From the NCBI GenBank assembly GCA_965222115.1, contig CBDCTJ010000007.1, positions 896,001-960,000 of the forward strand: 64,000 nucleotides of DNA, written 5' to 3'. Position numbers and translations under genes: made by a program. The notes beneath the pieces were generated by a model. That model was not told where the DNA came from. It made no database searches and saw only the letters and a program-made list of their open reading frames with translations. Source of the DNA: Planctomycetota bacterium. Its GTDB lineage: Bacteria; Planctomycetota; PLA2; JAEUHO01. Below, piece after piece: positions 28,347 to 37,832 of the stretch (the stretch's first letter is position 1; every line of letters begins with the position of its first letter).

Positions 28347-28482
28347 ATCACTATAACGCACAAGGGCCGGTAGGGTCACACCCTCATTCGAGCATTCATG
28401 CGCTCTTCGCCGTGACTGAAGGTCCTTGGCGGTAGACGCGGGGGGCCTATATCTTCTTCAGCAATCACAGGGAGCCCGGATT

Positions 28483-29307
28483 GTGAACGTTCTTCAACGC
28501 CTTCTCCTCAAGCGCGTCCGGAACATGGCGCGTCGCCAGGCGAATCAAGAGTTCTTCGAACGCTTGTTGGCGCAAGCGCACCGCGGCATGAACGTAGGTG
28601 GGGGAGGGAGCGTTGAGGCGAGTGGCGAGCACCAGGTGTTTTCGCTGGTTGAGCAGTGCGGCAGGAACGGCATCGTTGTCTTCGATGTGGGCGCGAATAT
28701 CGGTGACTACGCCCGGGCGGCGCGCGCGCACTTGGGAACGAACGCGCGGATATATTCGTTTGAGCCATCACCGCGAGTATTCGCTACGTTGAAACAGGCG
28801 GTCGCGTCGGTTTCGGTCGAGGCGTTTAATATCGGACTCGGGAATGCGAAAGGCGTAAGCACGCTGCACTTCGATCCGGAGGCAATGTCTTTGTCGTCAC
28901 TTTACCGGCGTGACCTTGCGCATGTCGGACGGGAACTGGAAGAGTCCGAAGATGTTGCCATTGAGCGTCTTGACGCATTCTGCCAGGCAAACGGGATCGA
29001 CTACATTAGCCTTCTCAAACTCGACGTCGAGGGCCACGAACTCAAGGTACTAGAGGGTGCGGGCGAATACTTGGCCGGCGGTGCCATTCACATGATTCAG
29101 TTTGAATTTGGCGGTTGCAATGTGGACTCGCGGACGTACGTGCGCGATTTCCATGCCCTGCTCTCGCCGCAGTATGACCTCTACCGTGTGCTCGCGCGCG
29201 GCTTTCGCAAGATTGAGTCCTACGACCCCACGTTGGAGATCTTTACGACGACCAATTATCTTGCCTGCCTACGTGGTCTCGACGTGAGTGTGCCGCTTGC
29301 AGAGTAG
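28483..29307 (+). CDS. FkbM-family methyltransferase
   Basis: FDVGANIG, FEP, LKLDVEGHE..VL.GA. Confidence 0.9.
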   Translation: MNVLQRLLLKRVRNMARRQANQEFFERLLAQAHRGMNVGGGGSVEASGEHQVFSLVEQCGRNGIVVFDVGANIGDYARAARAHLGTNARIYSFEPSPRVFATLKQAVASVSVEAFNIGLGNAKGVSTLHFDPEAMSLSSLYRRDLAHVGRELEESEDVAIERLDAFCQANGIDYISLLKLDVEGHELKVLEGAGEYLAGGAIHMIQFEFGGCNVDSRTYVRDFHALLSPQYDLYRVLARGFRKIESYDPTLEIFTTTNYLACLRGLDVSVPLAE

Positions 29308-29372
29308 CCCAAGGCCGCTCCATGGCGTGCACGAGACGTCATGCTTGGAGAGTTACGCCAAAAAACGTTGCC

Positions 29373-29651
29373 CTACGAGTCGGTACTTGTCACTTTGGGT
29401 GCGGGCGCGCTCGCCGCCTCACCCCCATCTTCGCCAATGGCTTCTACGGGGCAGCCTTCCATGGCTTCCAGGCAGAGTTCGCGCTCTTCTTCGTTCTCGG
29501 GCTGCTTGTAGACGAAGGAATAGCCTTTGTCGTCGTTGCGTGTGAAGCACGCAGGCGCCGTTTCGCGACAGGCATCACAGTCAATGCATTGATCATCGAC
29601 GTAAAACGGTCCCGACACGTTGTCGGGCAATTTGCAGTCCTTGTCGGCCAC
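29373..29651 (-). CDS. Single-cluster ferredoxin
   Basis: FYVD..CIDCDAC...AP..F and CPVEAIG. Confidence 0.92.
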   Translation of the reverse strand: MADKDCKLPDNVSGPFYVDDQCIDCDACRETAPACFTRNDDKGYSFVYKQPENEEERELCLEAMEGCPVEAIGEDGGEAASAPAPKVTSTDS

Positions 29652-29735
29652 CGGAACAGTCTCCTGATTGAGTCCGCGTAGCGTAGCTGCCGCGGGGGGC
29701 AGGGCAGACCATTTTGTGCCTGCCGGGAGGTCGAG

Positions 29736-30767
29736 TTACGACCCCAGGACTTCGCGAAACAGCGCCCGCTGAATATGAAGACGATTGGCGGCCTGCTGTC
29801 GAACCAGGCTGCGGGGTCCGTCGATCACGCGATCCTCAACTTCTACGTTTCGGCGTACGGGCATCGCGTGAAGTACATGAGCGTCGTTTGTGGTGGCCAT
29901 GCGTTCGTGCGTGACGCACCAGTCGCGGTAACGATTTCGAAGCGAGGCGTGGGCCTCGGGTTCGGCCATCACGTTCAAGCTCCCCCACGGTGCGGCATAC
30001 ACGGCATCGGCACCTTCGAGTGCACCGTCCATCGTGTCATACGTCTGAAACGATGCGCCGGCGTCCCCCGTTGCACGGCGAATGGTTTCTGTGACCTCGG
30101 TGTCGAGGGGAAACTCGGGCGGCCGCGCAATGCGCAGGTTCATGCCGAGTTGACTTGCCATCAACCCCACGCCATGCGGCACGGCCAGGGGGCGCGCAGA
30201 GGGATGGTACGTCCAGGTGAGCGCGAGGGTCTTGCCCTTTGTTTCTCCCCACGCCTCCGTAAGCGTCAATCCATCGCCCCACGCCTGGCACGGGTGATCA
30301 AGCACGCTTTCCATATTGAAGATAGGAACCGAAGCGTGCTTTTGAAAGGAGACGATCACCATGTCGCGCCGCTCACGTGCCCAATCGCGCTTACCTGCCA
30401 AGGCGCGAATCGCAATGACGTCGGCGTATTCGGAAAGTACCGCCGCGGCATCACATACATGTTCGTCGGCCAAGCCATCCATGACGGCGCCGTCACGAAA
30501 CTCAAGCGGCCACAAGTCGCGACCGGCGTTCATGTCGATCACCGAACCGCCTAGCGATTGAAACGCGATGGAAAACGACGCGCGCGTGCGCAAGCTCGGA
30601 TCGAAGAACACCATGGCCATGGAACGGCCCTGAAGTACGGGCTCGGGGTCCTTGCCTTTTAGCGCGATCGCGCGATCAATGACGTGTCGTAGTTCGGCGG
30701 GCGAAAACGTGTCGAGGGTCACGACATCGCGCCCGCGAATCGAAGGGGTGGAGACGGCGGTACTCAT
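29736..30767 (-). CDS. N-acetylornithine carbamoyltransferase (ArgF'-type)
   Basis: FFDPSLRTRASF, HPCQ, TWTYHP, PVRRNVEV, QAANR. Confidence 0.85.
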   Translation of the reverse strand: MSTAVSTPSIRGRDVVTLDTFSPAELRHVIDRAIALKGKDPEPVLQGRSMAMVFFDPSLRTRASFSIAFQSLGGSVIDMNAGRDLWPLEFRDGAVMDGLADEHVCDAAAVLSEYADVIAIRALAGKRDWARERRDMVIVSFQKHASVPIFNMESVLDHPCQAWGDGLTLTEAWGETKGKTLALTWTYHPSARPLAVPHGVGLMASQLGMNLRIARPPEFPLDTEVTETIRRATGDAGASFQTYDTMDGALEGADAVYAAPWGSLNVMAEPEAHASLRNRYRDWCVTHERMATTNDAHVLHAMPVRRNVEVEDRVIDGPRSLVRQQAANRLHIQRALFREVLGS

Positions 30768-30788
30768 GGGCGGAGCCTACGACGCGCC

Positions 30789-31013
30789 TTGCGAAATCCG
30801 AATGAGGTTCGCTACCCGACGCTGCCCATGTTGGTTGCGCTCAAGTTGGCGTCCGGAAAGTGGGGGAAACGACCCCGTGACCTAGCGGATGTCATGGCAC
30901 TGATTCGGACGTGCGAACTCTTGCCAGACTTCGCCACGTCACTGCCCGATACCTTGCGCCAGGACTTTCTGGCCGCGCATCGTGCCGTGGCCGAAGAGCG
31001 AGACATCGAATAG
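30789..31013 (+). pseudogene. C-terminal fragment of a nucleotidyltransferase-like protein
   Basis: L..LVALKLASG....RPRDLADV..LI motif without the N-terminal catalytic part. Confidence 0.55.
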
Positions 31014-31052
31014 GCCGAGGTCCCGATGGGCGTGGATTTGGTGGGTTCGGGC

Positions 31053-31080
31053 TTGACGTAAGTAACCGCTTACTTACTAT
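31053..31080 (+). promoter_or_regulatory. Sigma70-like promoter overlapped by a palindromic operator
   Basis: TTGACG-N16-TACTAT; perfect inverted repeat GTAAGTAA-CCGC-TTACTTAC (31058-31077). Confidence 0.75.
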
Positions 31081-31087
31081 TCGGGGC

Positions 31088-31720
31088 ATGGCCCATTCAA
31101 CCACCCGACGAAGTCACGCCGAGCGCCGTAAACAGATCTCGGAAGCAGCACTTTCGATCATTGCCACGGAGGGGGCGACCTCGCTCACGACCAAGACATT
31201 GGCGGCGGCGGTGGGTGTTTCGACCGGCGCACTCTTCCGTCATTTTGAGTCGTTGGACGCGGTGCTTACCGAGGCCACCGTTCGTGCAATTACCCACGTC
31301 GATGCCACGTTCCCGGATGGGCCGCTTGCACCGGTCGAAGCGCTCCGCACGCTTGCGATCGCGCGTATCGGGCTGCTCAACCGTCGGCCAGGGATCGCGT
31401 GGTTGTTGCGCTCGTCGCAAGCACCGCTCGTGTTGCCGGAAGAGGCCGTCTTGCGTCTCAGAGAACTCGTCAAACGCAGTCGGCAGTTCATCCGTCGTGC
31501 GCTGCGTCGTGGCATGCGCGATGGATCGTTTCGAAGCGACGTTTCGCTCGACGTATTGATGATGGCGTTTACGTCCACCGTGCACGCACTTGTTCGCCGC
31601 CCGAGCATGCATGGCAAGCGTGCGAAAAATCCCGCGCGTTCCATCGATGGCTTGATGGCACTTCTGACCCCAATCCCCCGTGACAGCGACCCCCGGAATC
31701 GTTCAAGGAGTTCACGATGA
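31088..31720 (+). CDS. TetR/AcrR-family regulator
   Basis: AAL.II...G...LT...LA..VGVS.GALFRHF HTH. Confidence 0.92.
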   Translation: MAHSTTRRSHAERRKQISEAALSIIATEGATSLTTKTLAAAVGVSTGALFRHFESLDAVLTEATVRAITHVDATFPDGPLAPVEALRTLAIARIGLLNRRPGIAWLLRSSQAPLVLPEEAVLRLRELVKRSRQFIRRALRRGMRDGSFRSDVSLDVLMMAFTSTVHALVRRPSMHGKRAKNPARSIDGLMALLTPIPRDSDPRNRSRSSR

Positions 31721-32397
31721 CCACAGTCAATTTGTCCGCAAACACGCCGGTTGGCGAGATTGCCGCCGCGGCGCCATTGGCGACCCGCGTGTTTGCACGC
31801 CACGGCATCGATTTCTGTTGTGGTGGTGGTGTGCCGCTCAGTCAGGCGTGCGCAAAACGCGATCTAATCGTCGACACGGTTCTTGAAGAGATTCAGAAAG
31901 AGATCGCCGATGCGCCAAATGATGTGCGCTCATGGGCCGAAGCGCCGCTCCCCGAACTGATCGAGCACATTTTGACCGTCTATCACCGCCCGCTCGATGA
32001 AGAACTACCGCGCATTGAGGCCATGGCCCGCAAGGTCAATGCCGTACACGGCGACAAAGCGCCCGAGATGCTCGGCGGTATCCTTGAGACGTTCGTCGCG
32101 CTCAAGAACGAGCTGCAGAGTCACATGATGAAAGAGGAGCAGATTCTCTTTCCCATGATTGTGAGCGGTCGCGGCGGCATGGCAATGGGCCCCATCAGTG
32201 TCATGCGTCACGAGCACGACGACGCGGGCACCATGCTGGGGAAACTGCGCGACCTCACGAATAACTACGAAGTCCCCGACGGCGCCTGCAACACCTGGCG
32301 CGCTCTTTGGCACGGTCTCGCCGACCTCGAGCGCTCCCTCCACGAGCACATCCACCTCGAAAACAACATCCTCTTCCCCCGCGCGTTGGGGGCGTAG
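31717..32397 (+). CDS. ric: Iron-sulfur cluster repair di-iron protein (Ric/YtfE)
   Basis: IDFCCGG, HI...H, HMMKEEQILFP, EHD, AC.TW, HIHLENNILFP. Confidence 0.96.
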   Translation: MTTVNLSANTPVGEIAAAAPLATRVFARHGIDFCCGGGVPLSQACAKRDLIVDTVLEEIQKEIADAPNDVRSWAEAPLPELIEHILTVYHRPLDEELPRIEAMARKVNAVHGDKAPEMLGGILETFVALKNELQSHMMKEEQILFPMIVSGRGGMAMGPISVMRHEHDDAGTMLGKLRDLTNNYEVPDGACNTWRALWHGLADLERSLHEHIHLENNILFPRALGA

Positions 32398-32407
32398 GGG
32401 TACACCT

Positions 32408-32492
32408 CGGTGCCAGGCACGCCGACGTACCCTTTTGAAGGCATATCCTTCCAAAAAAACGTCATCGCGGTGCCTGGCACGCAGTCGTACCC
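32408..32492. repeat. Two 25-bp REP-like direct repeats flanking a terminator-like hairpin
   Basis: CGGTGCCWGGCACGC.G.CGTACCC at 32408-32432 and 32468-32492 (22/25 identical); TTTTGAAGG...CCTTCCAAAA between them. Confidence 0.7.
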
Positions 32493-32493
32493 A

Positions 32494-35154
32494 CTACGGC
32501 AACCGCACCGTCAATGTTCCAACGTTGGGTGTTGTTTTGACGATGGTGGATTTGCCGTCGCTGACGTAGCGGATGGAGAGTTCGCCGTTGATCGATTTGT
32601 TGACGGCAATCACGAACTCGCCCTTGTGATTCACACGGGAACTGCTCACCAAACGTCCGGCGTGGTTAATGTAGAGCACGCCGCTGGTTACGGGTTTGTC
32701 GTTGGCGTCGAGAACGTTTCCTTGAATACGTTGTCCGGAAACGAGATCGAGATTGATCGTCTGATCGCCGGGGACGGCGGTAATGGGATCGGGTGCGCAC
32801 CACGGACGCGCGACCGTGGTGTAGTAAAACGCCTCCACGCGCGTGGGAATGCTTGGGAGGTCAGTAAAGGTCACCTCACCGTTGCTGTTCGTGCGCCAAC
32901 TTGTCTGCTTTGCTTTCGGCGAGGGGTGCAGGCGAATGGGGACATTGGCGACGGGGTCACCGGTCGGTGAGAGCACGCGCACCGTGAGGCCCTGATCGGT
33001 CTCTTGCTGCTTTGCGCGCAAGACAATGTTCTTGCTCCCCGCTTGCACGGCCCGCGCTTCGGCGTAAAGCGTTTCACGGTCATCGTGCGCTCGATACTCC
33101 TTGACCAACAGCAGGTCAACGACGTCCTCACGCGGCAGCGCAATCGAAAACGTGCCGTCGTTCTTTGTAAACACGCTTCGAACTCGCTTGCCGTCCTTCT
33201 CGATTGTAATGGCGGCTTGGGCAACCGGTTTTCCAGCGCTGTCGAGGGCCGTACCGGATGTCGTGGCGGCAGCGTGTAGCACAACCGTGACATCCGTCTC
33301 ATCGATGCCGAGCGTGCGCGGACGAACGGGCGCAAAGGAAGCGTCTTTCGGCGGCGAAATCTCCACCTTTGTCATCGCCGGTGTTGCCAAGAATGTCACA
33401 ACGCCCTTGGCGTTGGTCTGCCTCTTGAACAGCGGCGTGCGCCCCGACCCAGGAATCACGACCGTGGTTTCGGGGACTGCGCGGTCGTCGTCGCTAACGA
33501 CGCGAATCGTGACGTTTCGAAATGTCTTGGATACCAAACGTACATGAGTCTCTTCCGTGCTATCGGACACATGAACCTCATGGTAGTCCGACGTTACCTG
33601 GCGCACCTCCGCCAGCACGGCTGTAAGCACGTGTTCGCCGGGTCCAATGCCCCCAATCTGAAAGCGACCCTGGGCATCTGTAGTGAATCCTCCACTGGCG
33701 CAGAACCATGCGTTCCTCGATTGAAATGGGCGCGGCGGGGGTTCATTCGCATCGCGTAGACTGAGCGAGGCATTGGCAATGGGCGAGCCGGACTTTGATA
33801 CGAGCACGCCCGTAAGGGTGCGCCCCTTGACCAGCGAAACGTCGCCCATGTCTATCGAAGCGTCGTCTGAGCGCGAGACACGTACTTCGAGGCGCGCGAA
33901 TTCTTGCGCCGAAATGTGAATGCGATGGGGTCGGTTGAAGGGAAGTGATGTGAATGCAAATTGCCCCTCGGCGTCGGTTTGGGTTCGCTCATAGGAAAGG
34001 GAGGCGTGTGAACGCCCCGGTCGCCCAACAATCACGCCCTTGTTATTCGCGTGGACTATAACGTTTGGCACCGGCGTGCCGTTGGGCGCAACGACGCGCC
34101 CCGTTAGGCGTTGCCCCGGTTCAAGCGCAATGTCAATGTTGTTCGCGTCGGTCGCCTCGCCCTCACTGATGACATGGACGCGCGTTCCCACATACCCCGG
34201 TGCTTGCACCACAACGCTCACCAAGCCGCGGCTCTTGCTGGGCCATGTATCTATCGCGAAGCTGCCTTCTGCATCACTAACCACGTAACGGTCTTCCGAG
34301 GGCGCGAAACGCGAGATCGACACACGCGCACCCGCGATGGGTTCGCCGGTTTCTTTGTTTCGTACCGTGCCGTTTCGGGTAATCGCCTCTTGGAGTCGGA
34401 TGGTGTGTTTTGTTACACCTCGTCGCTGAAGTCGGCGCGGTCGCCGTACCGCGGTGGCCCAACCGGGTCGGATGGTGTGGAGACGAACCGAATACAGTCT
34501 CGCGGCCGGAATGCGCGCAAACACGATGTCGCCTGCAGGATCGGTCGTGCCGGTCTCTCGAAACCAGAGGTAGTTTGACGTCCAGCCAAAGGCAGTAACA
34601 ACGGCGCCCGGAACAGGTTTTCGATCCGGGTCAACCACCGACACATGCAGCGCCTGCGGGCGCGTAAGTTCAAGTCGATGCTGTGAACCAGCACGAAACG
34701 GACCGAAACAAGTTCGCGCATAGCCGGGTGCGCCGATGCGAAGGCATACAGCGTCGTGCGCTCCTGTTGCCACGACAAACTCGCCCTCACGGTCCGTCGT
34801 TGTTTCTGCATGAGGATCGTCAAGCGCATCCGATCCTCCACGTACTGAAAATTCGTCGCCAACGTGAATGGCCTCAACGCGTGCGCCGCGCAATTGCTCG
34901 CCGAATGCGTTCACCACCAAGCCCGCGACTGAACCGGAGTGGTCCCCCGCATCAAGATCGACATTCTCGCCCACCTGTGGTGCATCAGGGTTTACGCGCA
35001 GCGTGGGTGATGCCGCGGGCTCTTGCGATGCCGATGGCGCTTCTCGTTCAGCAACATCGTTGGCGGTCTCCGAATTCGAATCGTTGAGCACATGCATCGA
35101 GCCCCACACCGCGACTCCGGCCAACGTCACCAGCAAAACGCCTCGAAGTCGCAC
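32494..35154 (-). CDS. Membrane-anchored carboxypeptidase-regulatory-like (CnaB-type) repeat protein
   Basis: N-terminal TM, repeated G.V....G.P..GA.V / TD..G.F units. Confidence 0.8.
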   Translation of the reverse strand: MRLRGVLLVTLAGVAVWGSMHVLNDSNSETANDVAEREAPSASQEPAASPTLRVNPDAPQVGENVDLDAGDHSGSVAGLVVNAFGEQLRGARVEAIHVGDEFSVRGGSDALDDPHAETTTDREGEFVVATGAHDAVCLRIGAPGYARTCFGPFRAGSQHRLELTRPQALHVSVVDPDRKPVPGAVVTAFGWTSNYLWFRETGTTDPAGDIVFARIPAARLYSVRLHTIRPGWATAVRRPRRLQRRGVTKHTIRLQEAITRNGTVRNKETGEPIAGARVSISRFAPSEDRYVVSDAEGSFAIDTWPSKSRGLVSVVVQAPGYVGTRVHVISEGEATDANNIDIALEPGQRLTGRVVAPNGTPVPNVIVHANNKGVIVGRPGRSHASLSYERTQTDAEGQFAFTSLPFNRPHRIHISAQEFARLEVRVSRSDDASIDMGDVSLVKGRTLTGVLVSKSGSPIANASLSLRDANEPPPRPFQSRNAWFCASGGFTTDAQGRFQIGGIGPGEHVLTAVLAEVRQVTSDYHEVHVSDSTEETHVRLVSKTFRNVTIRVVSDDDRAVPETTVVIPGSGRTPLFKRQTNAKGVVTFLATPAMTKVEISPPKDASFAPVRPRTLGIDETDVTVVLHAAATTSGTALDSAGKPVAQAAITIEKDGKRVRSVFTKNDGTFSIALPREDVVDLLLVKEYRAHDDRETLYAEARAVQAGSKNIVLRAKQQETDQGLTVRVLSPTGDPVANVPIRLHPSPKAKQTSWRTNSNGEVTFTDLPSIPTRVEAFYYTTVARPWCAPDPITAVPGDQTINLDLVSGQRIQGNVLDANDKPVTSGVLYINHAGRLVSSSRVNHKGEFVIAVNKSINGELSIRYVSDGKSTIVKTTPNVGTLTVRLP

Positions 35155-35468
35155 GGCACTCTCTCCTTCGTTGCGACCACCGTAGTGCGATTCGCTTCGT
35201 CACACAACCGCGCGTCGCGATTCTTGTCCTCGCGGTGTCATGGCCGTGACGTCATCGCTCATTTTGCGCAGGTGGAGAAATAACTTTGAGAACAACGTCG
35301 CGTTCGCCCGGTCGAACCTCGGCGCGTACCTGTTACCTCCTCGCCACTTCTGCGTAGTGCTGTGTAGACGACCCACTACGTCAGTTACGTGCCATGCCTG
35401 TCGCCATATGGGCGAGGCGGCACCGGGCGGGTGGGACGTCACACCGACCGCATCAAGGAGTGTGTGAC

Positions 35469-37733
35469 ATGCAAGGGCAACGAGTATTCGTGAGGGCCGG
35501 CGTCTTCGCGCTGGTCATTTTGAGCGGTGGATGCGGCGGTGGCACTACTGACGAGCCGTCGCCGTTCTCTACGGCTGAGTTCCAAAAGGCGGCGCCAGGC
35601 ATCCACGGCGGTGGACACATTGGCAAGACCCCGAATGCCGCGCAAATGGTGACCATCTGCAACGCCATCGACATCCTTTGGCGTATGGGACTACAACCCA
35701 ACTTGCGCCGTACGCAACGGGGCGCCAAATACCGCAAGGCCGCGCGCGTCTTGCACCAGATGAAAGTGACGGGGCGATTGGCGTACGAGTGTGGTGCCGG
35801 GTATGTACCTGCGCTCGCTTGGTGCATGCGCGATCGACGGGCGTCCAAACGCGGGGATCGCATCAATGTAACTGCGCGAGGGTTGCGCAAGAGTCCGGCG
35901 TCTTTAGCTGGCGTACTCTTTCATGAGTACATTCACGCGTGCCAGGGCTACAGCAATGGCTTTCCCCGGTCGCCGCAGGGAAGGAACGGGTACCGCATAG
36001 AGCTTTGCGCCTATTGGCGACAGTACTGCTTCCTTCGTGACGCGCAGGCGGCGGGCCACGATGTCAGTGATTCAATCAACATGTGGCGTGGGCACTACGG
36101 CGGTCAATACGACTTTCCGTCGCTCTACGATGCCGACCCGCTGACCTACCCTGACCGTAGAAACGCGTGCTGGCGCTGTGATCGCCGCAGACGCGGTGGC
36201 CGCGTTTGGCGGTTTGGTGCCCTGTCGATCGACACGTCGTTTTCGTTCGATGCCAGCGAATCGCAACCCACGATTCGGCAAATGCGTTTCGACGTTGGCA
36301 CTGAGCAAGAGATTGCCAGCGGGCTCGATCGCGTCGACAACATCCTTGCCTATCAGCCTTCGGCGCGCGGCATCGTCTTGCTGGTTGCCGGTGAACAAGG
36401 CAGCGGATACGCCATTCGTCGGTTTGTGGATACCGATGGCGATGGAAACGTTGACGCGAGCAGCGGGGCGACCGTTGTTGGCCGCGGCGTTGGCTTGGGA
36501 TCGATTGGCGGTTTGGCCTGGATACCCAACGTGGCAGGCGATTCTGTCTTCGCGCTCGATGTTGACAATCACGTGATTTATCGGCTGAATGATCAAAGTG
36601 GTGACGGTTTGCCCGACACCTTGGGTGCCGTGTATGCCAATGCCGAAGTGTTCCCAGCGCTTGAGGATGCCGCATCGCTTTCCGTGCATGGCGAATATGG
36701 CGTAACACCGCTCGTACTTGCCGCCTACATGCAGCCGTGGTCGGTGGTCACGTGCGGCTATTGGAGCGGTTTGACGTATATGGAGCTATCGGACAACGAC
36801 GGCGATGGTGCTGCGGGAACTGCAACCGATGTTCTTTCCCAGGACGAAGAAGTGCGCCTGCGTCCGGTTGTTACCAACAGCGTTCACGTAGGTCAGATGA
36901 CTCTGGAAGTTCACGGATCGATTGGCTGCACGTTTGATGTGCGCGCGTTCGAAGCCGCGACCGGGAGCTATTCGGATATCTTGGGATCGTCTGTAAGCAA
37001 CGAAGCCGGATTCGCGACGATTGCACTGAATCGCCCGCTCGTCGGCAGCGATGTGATTGCAGTATTTGATGCCACCAATGAACAGGGCGTTGAGAACATG
37101 ACGGTATCGGCCGATCCCGAGGCCATGGTGTTTGATGCAAGCGAAACGATGGGAAGCCCAAGTGGCGGAACCACCATTACCCTCACCGGCGAAAGTCTAC
37201 CCACGAACGCGTCTGCGACCGTGTGGTTTGATGAAACCGAAGGCGTCGTTGTTTCGCGTAGTGCGGCGTCGTGGGTGGTTCGCTCGCCTGCGTACGTGCT
37301 GCCTGAGGGCCGGATAGCAGTTGCATCCGTTGAGATTCGTCAGCATGGCGAAGACCCCATCGATGCGTCGCACTTCGCCTATGTTCCGTATCGCATGAAT
37401 GGCATTGTGAGCGGTGTCGTCTACATGGATACCAATGAAGACGGAATCCGCGACGACGGCGAGTTCGGGATCCCCGGTGTCGAACTTGAGCTTGTTGACT
37501 TCGGCGATGACGGCGAACAAGGTACGGCAGACGATGAAGTTGTTGCGACACTAAAAACGCGCGCGAACGGCACGTATATGTTCTCGGAATACTTGCCGCC
37601 TGCGTCGTATGTCGTACGCGTGGCGCCCGCGTTACTGCCTAGTGGAGTCGCCATTGGAAGCGGTGGGGGCGAGGCGGTGGTTATCGTTGACGACGGATCC
37701 GTGGTTTCTGGGGTCAATTTCGCGTGTAGGTAG
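35469..37733 (+). CDS. Lipoprotein with HExxH metallopeptidase-like, IPT/TIG and SdrD-B-like domains
   Basis: AAGGAG RBS, lipobox LSGGC, LFHEYIH...E.CAY, DxDGDG loops, G...GGT.ITLTG, G.VY.D.N.DG.RD.GE.GIPGV. Confidence 0.75.
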   Translation: MQGQRVFVRAGVFALVILSGGCGGGTTDEPSPFSTAEFQKAAPGIHGGGHIGKTPNAAQMVTICNAIDILWRMGLQPNLRRTQRGAKYRKAARVLHQMKVTGRLAYECGAGYVPALAWCMRDRRASKRGDRINVTARGLRKSPASLAGVLFHEYIHACQGYSNGFPRSPQGRNGYRIELCAYWRQYCFLRDAQAAGHDVSDSINMWRGHYGGQYDFPSLYDADPLTYPDRRNACWRCDRRRRGGRVWRFGALSIDTSFSFDASESQPTIRQMRFDVGTEQEIASGLDRVDNILAYQPSARGIVLLVAGEQGSGYAIRRFVDTDGDGNVDASSGATVVGRGVGLGSIGGLAWIPNVAGDSVFALDVDNHVIYRLNDQSGDGLPDTLGAVYANAEVFPALEDAASLSVHGEYGVTPLVLAAYMQPWSVVTCGYWSGLTYMELSDNDGDGAAGTATDVLSQDEEVRLRPVVTNSVHVGQMTLEVHGSIGCTFDVRAFEAATGSYSDILGSSVSNEAGFATIALNRPLVGSDVIAVFDATNEQGVENMTVSADPEAMVFDASETMGSPSGGTTITLTGESLPTNASATVWFDETEGVVVSRSAASWVVRSPAYVLPEGRIAVASVEIRQHGEDPIDASHFAYVPYRMNGIVSGVVYMDTNEDGIRDDGEFGIPGVELELVDFGDDGEQGTADDEVVATLKTRANGTYMFSEYLPPASYVVRVAPALLPSGVAIGSGGGEAVVIVDDGSVVSGVNFACR

Positions 37734-37832
37734 TCGTCTATCTATTGCCGTGTGGCCTCGGGTGTAGCGCCCGGGGCCGCCATCGACGTTTGGCTCTATA
37801 TTCGCCAGATAGCAAGAAGGTGAGGTTGCGTG

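Noticed and set aside
32408-32492. 25-bp repeat / 35-bp spacer as a mini-CRISPR
   Set aside because: Only two imperfect copies, the spacer is itself a terminator-like hairpin, and no cas genes or leader are present.
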